This document shows, in pieces, positions 57,029-64,000 of a stretch of DNA of 64,000 nucleotides. How positions within the stretch are numbered: position 1 is the first letter of the stretch; the number at the start of each line of letters is the position of its first letter. The stretch is from positions 310,001-374,000 of the forward strand of contig NZ_BAABFP010000007.1 of the NCBI RefSeq assembly GCF_039541115.1, given 5' to 3'. Under the pieces are notes generated by a model that did no database searches, was not told the DNA's origin, and saw only the letters and a list, made by a program, of their open reading frames with translations. The DNA is from Angustibacter luteus (GTDB taxonomy: Bacteria > Actinomycetota > Actinomycetes > Actinomycetales > Angustibacteraceae). Made by a program: the position numbers and the translations under genes.

Positions 57029-58765
57029 TCAGAGGTCCAGCACGAGGGCCGTGGTCGGCTGGGACGAGCAGATCAGGAGCTCGTCGTCACCGGGCGTCTC
57101 GAGGGGTGGCGTCGCGTACGACGCCGCCCCGGACAGCACGGCCGTGACGCAGGTGTGGCAGACGCCGCTGCGGCACGACCACTGCGTGGGCACGTCGCAC
57201 GCCTCGGCGAGCTCCAGCACCGACCCGTACGCGTCCGACCACGCGGCCGTCAGGCCCGAGCGGGCGAAGGTCACCGGGGGCCCGGCGCCGGGTGCGCCGG
57301 CTGGTTGATGCGGGCGCGGCGCGAGCGCCCCGACCACGCCGGGGTTGATCGGCGACCGCGACCCGAACCGTTCCGTGTGGATACGAGCGGGAGCGATGCC
57401 GACCCCCGTCAGGGCCTGCGCGACGTCGTCCATGAACGGCTCTGGGCCGCACAGGTACGCGTGCGCATCGGACGGCAGACCCAGACCCGCGATGACCTCG
57501 GCCGTGAGCCGCCCCGTCCGGACCCCCGAGTCCGGCGCCAGCGGCTCTGCCGCAGAGGTGTAGAAGACCAACGAGTGCACCGACGACAGCCGGCCGAGCA
57601 GGTCGGCGACCTCCGCGGAGAAGGCATGGCTGTCCGCGTCGTGAGCGGTGTGGACCCACCACACCACGCGCCCGCTCTGGTCCCGCACGAGTCGGTGCAG
57701 CATCGCCAGCAGGGGCGTCTGGCCGATGCCTGCGGAGATGAGCAGCACCGGGTCGGAGCCGTCGTCCAGGGTGAAGTCACCTCTCGGCGCCGCGACCTCG
57801 AGGTGGTCTCCAGGTCGCAGGTGCGCGTGCAGAAAGGAGCTGACGAGACCGCGCTCCTCACGCTTCACGCTGATCCGGTAGGCGCCGCCGTCCGGGTCAC
57901 CCGACAGCGAGTACGACCGGACCTGGGCGGGGTCGCCGTCCGCGCCGGGCACGCGGACGCCCAGGAACTGACCCGGCAGGTACGGCGGCAGTGCGTCGTC
58001 CGCGACGAACCCGAACGAGGTCACCGTTGTGCTCTCGGCGACCACGTCGGCGACCGTCAGGCGACGAAAGCCCGGCCAGGCAGGGGTGGGAGCGACCTGC
58101 ACACCCGCTGGGGCCGCCCCCGCGCCGCCCTCCACCATGCTCCGGAACGACTCGCGCCAGCCGGGGCTGAGGGCTGGGATGTCCATCGCCGCTCGCAGCT
58201 GCTCCACCTCGTGGCCGGGCAGGTAGAGCAGGGCATCGACGGCGGCCACGCTCAACGCCCGCGGGTCGCGCCAGGTGCGCACGATCCCGTCGCCCGCCGT
58301 CACGCGACCCTCGGTCAGGACGCGGAGGTAGAACCCCGGACGGTGGTGGGCGACCAGCAGCGCCGGGAGCTGGGGTTCCCCCATCCGCATCCCCACCCGG
58401 AAGCAGGTGACGCGGGGCTGGCTGACCTCGAACTCCGCCCCACCGATCCGGTAGCGGTCACCGATGCAGACCTCGTCGTCGCCCAGTCCCTCGACCGTGA
58501 AGTTCTCGCCGAACGCGCCGTACGTCAGGTCGTCCCGTCCGAAGAGCTTCTGCCAGTGCCGGTAGGAGTCGATCTGGTAGACCAGCACGGCGCGCTGCTC
58601 GCCGCCGTGCCCCACCAGGTCACCTTGCCCGTCGCCGTCGACGTTCAGCCGGCGGACCAGGCGCGACCCCGCTACCGGGCTCTTCCAGACACCCGTGTGC
58701 ACGGTGCGTCCGCGCCACGACACGTCCTTCGGCAGCCCGACGTTGACCGACAGCAGTGTCGCCAT
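57029..58765 (-). CDS. MOSC + FAD/NAD-binding + 2Fe-2S oxidoreductase
   Basis: FGENFT, QPRVTC, RSYSL, SAGIGQTP, YLCGP, CRSGVCHTC...ICSS. Confidence 0.9.
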   Translation of the reverse strand: MATLLSVNVGLPKDVSWRGRTVHTGVWKSPVAGSRLVRRLNVDGDGQGDLVGHGGEQRAVLVYQIDSYRHWQKLFGRDDLTYGAFGENFTVEGLGDDEVCIGDRYRIGGAEFEVSQPRVTCFRVGMRMGEPQLPALLVAHHRPGFYLRVLTEGRVTAGDGIVRTWRDPRALSVAAVDALLYLPGHEVEQLRAAMDIPALSPGWRESFRSMVEGGAGAAPAGVQVAPTPAWPGFRRLTVADVVAESTTVTSFGFVADDALPPYLPGQFLGVRVPGADGDPAQVRSYSLSGDPDGGAYRISVKREERGLVSSFLHAHLRPGDHLEVAAPRGDFTLDDGSDPVLLISAGIGQTPLLAMLHRLVRDQSGRVVWWVHTAHDADSHAFSAEVADLLGRLSSVHSLVFYTSAAEPLAPDSGVRTGRLTAEVIAGLGLPSDAHAYLCGPEPFMDDVAQALTGVGIAPARIHTERFGSRSPINPGVVGALAPRPHQPAGAPGAGPPVTFARSGLTAAWSDAYGSVLELAEACDVPTQWSCRSGVCHTCVTAVLSGAASYATPPLETPGDDELLICSSQPTTALVLDL

Positions 58766-58824
58766 CGCCTCGCACCTTCCGCTCGGTGATCGTGCTGTCG
58801 TGCGGAATCCATCATGCTCTCGGT

Positions 58825-59463
58825 TCAGGGGTGCTCGGCGTACCAGCTCTCGTGGATGCTCCGGCGCATCACAGCCCGCTGTCGGGCCTGGTTGAGGATG
58901 CCGACGAGCGCCAGGACCAGCACCAGCAGCGACCAGACCCAGCCGTTGTCGACGGTGCTGGTGAAGTCGCCCCTGGTGAAGTCCGCGGAGTTCAGCGAGC
59001 CCACCAGCAGCATCACTCCGCCGACCACGCCGACGGCGCCCGCGAACGAGCTGAAGACCACGAGCACGATCATCGGCATGTTGCCGACGATCGACACCAG
59101 GCCGAGGACCAGTCCGACGACCAGGCCCACCAGCACGGCCACCCAGCTCCAGTCGATGCCCAGGGCAACGACCAGCCCTGAGCCGATCGCGAAGCCGAAC
59201 GCGGCCATCGCGAGCGTGACGGCGACGTAGTAGTAGAGGTAGGCGAGGAGTGCGAAGACCACCGCGAACACCAGGCCCAGCACCCAGCCGAGGACCGTGC
59301 CGAGGAACCGCTCGTCGGCGAGCTCGGCGACGAGTCCGGCGCCGAAGGCGAACCCGGTGAAGAAGCCCCAGACGGGGATCAGCAGGCGCAGCACGAACTG
59401 GCCCGCGAGAAGCATGGCGCCGCCGGCGACGATCGCCAGGAGGCCCAGGATGATGTCTGCCAT
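58825..59463 (-). CDS. DUF4203-like multi-pass membrane protein
   Basis: About seven hydrophobic helices; IPVWGFFTGF. Confidence 0.7.
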   Translation of the reverse strand: MADIILGLLAIVAGGAMLLAGQFVLRLLIPVWGFFTGFAFGAGLVAELADERFLGTVLGWVLGLVFAVVFALLAYLYYYVAVTLAMAAFGFAIGSGLVVALGIDWSWVAVLVGLVVGLVLGLVSIVGNMPMIVLVVFSSFAGAVGVVGGVMLLVGSLNSADFTRGDFTSTVDNGWVWSLLVLVLALVGILNQARQRAVMRRSIHESWYAEHP

Positions 59464-59525
59464 GGAGGCAATGTAGGGCGGATAGCCCTCTCGATCTGCC
59501 CGACATGACGGAACGGCGTCACCAG

Positions 59526-59602
59526 TGGGGTGAGTGACGGGACTCGAACCCGCGACATCCGCGACCACAACGCGGCGCTCTACCAGCTGAGCTACACCCA
59601 CC
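59526..59602 (-). tRNA. tRNA-His(GTG)
   Basis: G-1, CCGCG-TTGTGGT-CGCGG anticodon arm, encoded CCA. Confidence 0.95.
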
Positions 59603-59674
59603 ACGTGCATCGGTCCGGGCTCTCGCCCGCACCGCGGCGACCATCGTACCGGCTCCGAAGGAGTGCTCGGGACA

Positions 59675-60313
59675 CTAGTCCGCGACGGCCTCGGCCTCGG
59701 TCGCCGGCGCGCCCGCCCCAGCCTGCTTCGCGAGCTTGCGGGCGGTGGAGGAGTCGGGGCCGGGCTCGGCTACGAACACGGCGGACCGGTAGTAGCGCAG
59801 CTCCAGGATGGACTCGCGGATGTCCGCGAGCGCCCGGTGCCCGCCCTGCTTCTTGGGGGCGTTGAAGTACGCGCGCGGATACCAGCGCCGAGCGAGCTCC
59901 TTGATGGAGGAGACGTCGATGATCCGGTAGTGCAGGTACTGCTCGAGCTCGGGCATGTCGCGGGCCAGGAAGCCGCGGTCCGTGCCGACGGTGTTGCCGG
60001 CCAGGGGGGCCTTGCCGGCGTCCGGGACGTGCTCGCGCACGTAGTCCATGACCTGCTGCTGGGCGTCCTCCATGGTGATGCCCGCTGCGAGCTCGTCGAG
60101 CAGCCCGCTGGACGTGTGCATCTCGCGGACGACGTCCGGCATGGTCTCCAGCGCCTCGGGTGGGCAGGCGATGACGACGTCCACCCCCTCGCCCAGGATC
60201 TCGAGCTCGGAGTCGGTGACCAGGACGGCGACCTCGACCAGCGCGTCGCGCGTCAGGTCGAGTCCGGTCATCTCGCAGTCGATCCAGACGATGCGGTCAG
60301 CAGAACGGTCCAC
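59675..60313 (-). CDS. orn: Oligoribonuclease
   Basis: IVWIDCEMTGLD, LAGNTVGTDRGFL, HYRIIDVSSIKEL, HRALADI. Confidence 0.95.
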   Translation of the reverse strand: MDRSADRIVWIDCEMTGLDLTRDALVEVAVLVTDSELEILGEGVDVVIACPPEALETMPDVVREMHTSSGLLDELAAGITMEDAQQQVMDYVREHVPDAGKAPLAGNTVGTDRGFLARDMPELEQYLHYRIIDVSSIKELARRWYPRAYFNAPKKQGGHRALADIRESILELRYYRSAVFVAEPGPDSSTARKLAKQAGAGAPATEAEAVAD

Positions 60314-60322
60314 GCGCCCACC

Positions 60323-60589
60323 CTAGTTGGACGGCGGGCGGCGGGCGCGCGTCGACCCGCTGGTGGCGACGGCTGCGAGCGCTCCCAGGGCGAGCAGGCC
60401 GGCCAGCACGACGAGCAGTGCGGTGGTCCAGGATCCGCCGAGCCAGACCACGGCGATGGCGGCGACGAGGCAGGCGAAGACCCCCCAGCCCAGCAGCTCC
60501 CAGGGAACCGCCCGACGCGGTGGTGGAAGTCCGTGTCGCCCCACCTGCCGAGCGTACGGGCGGGGGAGTGCCTGGGCCCGGATGACCAC
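60323..60589 (-). CDS. Small membrane protein
   Basis: Two TM helices; fills the gap upstream of orn. Confidence 0.5.
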   Translation of the reverse strand: MVIRAQALPRPYARQVGRHGLPPPRRAVPWELLGWGVFACLVAAIAVVWLGGSWTTALLVVLAGLLALGALAAVATSGSTRARRPPSN

Positions 60590-60618
60590 GCCGCTTCACC
60601 TGACTAGCCTCTGGCCCC

Positions 60619-61788
60619 ATGACCTCACCGGACCCTGGCTGGTCCACCGTCCCGTCCGCGGCGGCCACCGTCGACGTCGGGGGGCCCCGGCGGACCGCCC
60701 GCAGCGCCCTGGGCCGTGGCCTGCTGCTGACGCTCGCGGTCGTCGTGATGGGCGCCGGGCTGCTGCTGGTGCTGCTGGCGATCGGGTCGGACACGGGCGT
60801 CACGGGGTTCGTCGCCGGGTTCGTGTTCTCGCTGGTACCGGTCTGCGTCGTGCTGCCCGCGCTGATGTGGCTGGACCGGCTCGAGGCCGAGCCGGTGGGC
60901 CAGCTGCTGTTCGCGTTCGGGTGGGGCGCGCTGGTGGCGACGTCGATCGCGCTGGTGGTGAACACGTACTCGATGACGGTGCTCACGGCGCACGGCGGGG
61001 ACGTGTCGATGACGGGCGTGGTGGTGGCCCCGTGGGTCGAGGAGACGCTCAAGGGCAGCGCCGTGCTCGTCATCCTGCTGTGGCGGCGGCAGGAGTTCGA
61101 CGGGGTGGTCGACGGGATCGTGTACGCCGGCCTGGCCGGCCTGGGCTTCGCCTTCACCGAGAACGTGCTCTACCTCGGCCGGGCGCTGCAGGAGGACGGC
61201 GCGGCGGGCCTGGTGGTGACGTTCGTGCTGCGCTGCCTGTTCGGCCCGTTCGCGCACCCGCTCTTCACGATGGCCACCGGGATCGGGCTGGGCATCGCCG
61301 CGCAGACGTCCCGGTGGTCGCTGCGGGTGCTCGCCCCGCTGGCTGGGCTGCTCGTGGCGGTGCTGCTGCACGGCCTGTGGAACCTGAGCACGATCGCCGG
61401 TCTGCGCGGCTTCGTCTGGGTGTACGTCGCCGTTCAGGTGCCGATCTTCGTGGGCGCCGTGGGCTTCGCGGTCTGGGCCCGCAGCCGCGAGGGCCGGCTG
61501 ATCCGCCAGCACCTGCAGGTCTACGTGGCCTCGGGCTGGTTCACCCCGGCCGAGGCGCAGATGCTCGGGTCGACGTCCGAGCGTCGTCGGGCGCGGGCCT
61601 GGGCGGGGCAGATCGCCGGTGCGCGGGGGCGGAAGGCGATGCGGGGCTTCCAGACCGCGGCCACCGAGCTCGCGTTCGCCCGGGACCGGGCCATCCGCAC
61701 GTCGTCGCCGCACGGCGGTTCGGACGTCGAGCGCGAGCTGCTGCGCGAGGTGACGGCCCAGCGCTACGCACTGCTGGGGAGCGGCTGA
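60619..61788 (+). CDS. PrsW-family intramembrane metalloprotease
   Basis: APWVEETLKG, GFAFTEN, FAHPLFT, LLHGLWN. Confidence 0.9.
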   Translation: MTSPDPGWSTVPSAAATVDVGGPRRTARSALGRGLLLTLAVVVMGAGLLLVLLAIGSDTGVTGFVAGFVFSLVPVCVVLPALMWLDRLEAEPVGQLLFAFGWGALVATSIALVVNTYSMTVLTAHGGDVSMTGVVVAPWVEETLKGSAVLVILLWRRQEFDGVVDGIVYAGLAGLGFAFTENVLYLGRALQEDGAAGLVVTFVLRCLFGPFAHPLFTMATGIGLGIAAQTSRWSLRVLAPLAGLLVAVLLHGLWNLSTIAGLRGFVWVYVAVQVPIFVGAVGFAVWARSREGRLIRQHLQVYVASGWFTPAEAQMLGSTSERRRARAWAGQIAGARGRKAMRGFQTAATELAFARDRAIRTSSPHGGSDVERELLREVTAQRYALLGSG

Positions 61789-61802
61789 CGGCGCTCGGTC
61801 GG

Positions 61803-61875
61803 CGCGCCCGGCAGGACTCGAACCTGCAACCTGCGGATTAGAAGGCCGCTGCTCTATCCATTGAGCTACGGGCGC
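61803..61875 (-). tRNA. tRNA-Arg(TCT)
   Basis: GCGCCCGTAGCTCAATGGATAGAGC...CTTCTAA...GGTTCGAGTCC. Confidence 0.93.
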
Positions 61876-62026
61876 CGGAGCCCGCGGGTGGCGGCCTCGG
61901 TGCCCGAGTGTAGGACGTCGCGATGGTGCTGTGCCGGGCCGCGGGCTGTCACGGTTTGGGCTGCCCTGACCTGTTCCTGCGCGCCGAGTTGGCTTAGCTG
62001 ATCCGGAGACGGCAGGCTGAACCCTC

Positions 62027-63760
62027 GTGCAGGACGAGTCGGATCGAGACCCGCTGCTCGTCGCCGTCGACGAGCTCCGCCGTGGTGTCGATGGGTTGCG
62101 CCTGCCGCTCGACGTCGCAGGGGTCTCGGATGCCCGGGACGTTCGTCAGCAGCTGGTCGAGCAGCTGGACGACTACGTGCTGCCGCGCCTGCGCGCCCTG
62201 GATGCCCCGCTGCTCGCCGTGGTCGGCGGCTCCACCGGAGCGGGCAAGTCCACGCTGGTGAACTCGGTGGTCGGGGCACCGTTGAGCGCATCCGGCGTGC
62301 TGCGTCCGACCACCCGCTCGCCGGTGCTCGTGCACCACCCGGACGACGCCGCCGCCTTCGCCGACCCGCGGGTGCTTCCGTCGTTGCGACGGGTCACCGG
62401 CGACGCCGGTTCCGTCGACTCCGTCGACGCGGCAGGGGCGGACGGCGCGGCCATCACCGCGGTGCGGCTGGCTGCGAGCGACGCCCTACCCGCTGGTCTG
62501 GCCCTGCTCGACGCCCCGGACATCGACTCCGTCGTGACGGCGAACCGCGTGCTGGCGGCCCAGCTGATGGCCGCCGCGGACCTGTGGATCTTCGTGACCA
62601 CGGCCGCGCGGTACGCAGACGCGGTGCCCTGGGACCTGCTGCTGGACGCGTCCGAGCGCGGCGCGTCGGTAGCGATCGTGCTGGACCGGGTGCCGCCCGA
62701 GGCGATGAACGAGGTCCGCCTGCACCTGGCGCAGATGCTGCGCGAGCGCGGGCTGAAGTCCTCGCCGTTGTTCACCATCGCCGAGAGCGCCGTCGACGAC
62801 GCCGGGCTGCTGGACCCCGAGGTCGTGCGGCCCGTCCGCTCCTGGCTGGTCGCGCTCGCCAAGGACGCCCAGGCTCGCCAGGTGGTGGTGCGCCGCACGC
62901 TGAACGGCATCCTGCAGACCTTGCCGCTGCGCATCGAAGCCCTGACGGCAGCGGCCGAGGACCAGGACGCGGCCCGCAAGGCCCTGGCCCACGCGGCCGC
63001 GGAGGCCTATGGCGAGGCGCGCGAGGCCATCGTCGACGGACTGTCGGATGGGTCGATGCTGCGGGGGGAGGTGCTCGCCCGCTGGCAGGAGTTCGTCGGT
63101 ACCGGCGAGATGCTGCGCTCGCTGGAGGCTCGGGTCGGCCGGATCCGGGACCGGGTCGTGGCCGCGGTCAAGGGTCGGCCCGCGCCCGAGGTCGACCTCG
63201 AGGTCGCCCTGCAGACCGGTGTCGAGTCGCTGGTCACCGGCGAGGCCGAGCTGGCGGCGGCGAACGCCTGGCAGCGTTGGCGGCACCTCGACGGCGGCGC
63301 CGTGCTGGTGGCGGCCCACCCCGAGCTGGACTCCGCGTCCGCGGACCTGCACGAGCGGACGGCCCGGGCTACCCGCGACTGGCAGGGCTTCGTGCTGGAG
63401 CTGGTGGGCAGCGAGGGCAGCGACCGGCGCACGACCGCGCGGATGCTGTCGTACGGCGTGAACGGTCTCGGGGTCCTGCTGATGCTCGTCGTGTTCAGTC
63501 ACACCGCGGGCCTCTCGGGGGCGGAGGTGGGCATCGCCGGCGGCACCGCCCTGCTCGCGCAGCGCCTGCTCGAGGCCGTGTTCGGCGACCAGGCCGTCCG
63601 CGGCCTGGCGGCCCAGGCCCGCGCGGACCTCCTGACCCGGTGCGACATCCTGCTCGCTGACGAACGCGCTCGGTACGACCTCGCGCTGTCCGAGGTCGAG
63701 CCCGGCCCCGGGGCCGATGACCTCCGCAAGGCCCTCGCGAACGTGGAGGGCGCGCGATGA
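62027..63760 (+). CDS. Dynamin-like GTPase
   Basis: GGSTGAGKS, LRPTT, DAPDID, helical C-terminal region with hydrophobic paddle. Confidence 0.8.
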   Translation: MQDESDRDPLLVAVDELRRGVDGLRLPLDVAGVSDARDVRQQLVEQLDDYVLPRLRALDAPLLAVVGGSTGAGKSTLVNSVVGAPLSASGVLRPTTRSPVLVHHPDDAAAFADPRVLPSLRRVTGDAGSVDSVDAAGADGAAITAVRLAASDALPAGLALLDAPDIDSVVTANRVLAAQLMAAADLWIFVTTAARYADAVPWDLLLDASERGASVAIVLDRVPPEAMNEVRLHLAQMLRERGLKSSPLFTIAESAVDDAGLLDPEVVRPVRSWLVALAKDAQARQVVVRRTLNGILQTLPLRIEALTAAAEDQDAARKALAHAAAEAYGEAREAIVDGLSDGSMLRGEVLARWQEFVGTGEMLRSLEARVGRIRDRVVAAVKGRPAPEVDLEVALQTGVESLVTGEAELAAANAWQRWRHLDGGAVLVAAHPELDSASADLHERTARATRDWQGFVLELVGSEGSDRRTTARMLSYGVNGLGVLLMLVVFSHTAGLSGAEVGIAGGTALLAQRLLEAVFGDQAVRGLAAQARADLLTRCDILLADERARYDLALSEVEPGPGADDLRKALANVEGAR

Positions 63761-64000
63761 GCCGCCGCAAGCCCCGCCACGTCGGGGCGCCGAGCGCCAC
63801 GGACGTCGCGAACCGGGCGGCGGCCCTCGGCGACGCCCTCGACCACGCCGGGCACCGGATCGATGCCCACGCCGCTCGCGGCGGTCGCGAGCTGGTCGGC
63901 CGGGTGTCCGAGCGGATGAGGCTCAGCGCCGACCACACGGTCGTCGCGCTCGCCGGCGCGACCGGCAGCGGCAAGTCCAGCCTGTTCAACGCGCTCACGG
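63757..64000 (+). CDS. Second dynamin-like/YfjP-type GTPase (partial)
   Basis: ATGA overlap; VVALAGATGSGKSSLFNALT at the window end. Confidence 0.8.
   Translation, partial: MSRRKPRHVGAPSATDVANRAAALGDALDHAGHRIDAHAARGGRELVGRVSERMRLSADHTVVALAGATGSGKSSLFNALT

Noticed and set aside
52186..59525. Second integrated element at tRNA-His
   Set aside because: No integrase and no duplicated tRNA-His 3' end found by eye

Overview
High-GC actinobacterial chromosome segment. Left arm (1-19.2 kb): end of a citrate synthase gene, a molybdo-oxidoreductase/fasciclin-lipoprotein pair with SigK-like promoters, a protocatechuate/4-hydroxybenzoate (beta-ketoadipate) cluster, tRNA-Leu, bcp, a P450, an HD-GYP protein and a MetE-like gene. 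Middle (19206-52146): an apparently complete ~32.9 kb siphovirus-like prophage integrated in tRNA-Lys(CTT) and bounded by a perfect 35-bp direct repeat. Its most striking feature is an integration-dependent immunity switch. The att core lies inside the repressor gene. Integration turns a TGG codon into TGA, so the prophage repressor ends ...EPRTR*, while the excised form would end ...EPRTRWFSASDRLAA*, an ssrA-like degron. This switch type is known from mycobacteriophage BPs. The prophage also carries a SIR2-like putative defence gene, a gene in the small-terminase position with an RNAP-alpha-CTD-like N-terminus, two ParB-like genes, a -1 frameshift tail chaperone and a putative fibre module downstream of lysis. 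Right arm (52.2-64 kb): VOC proteins, a PilZ protein, a CBS+ArsB/NhaD transporter with a candidate leader RNA, a MOSC oxidoreductase, tRNA-His, orn, a PrsW-family protease, tRNA-Arg and a dynamin-like GTPase pair. All functional calls come from motif recognition and synteny by eye; no searches were run. Start codons were adjusted by hand and may be off by a few codons.
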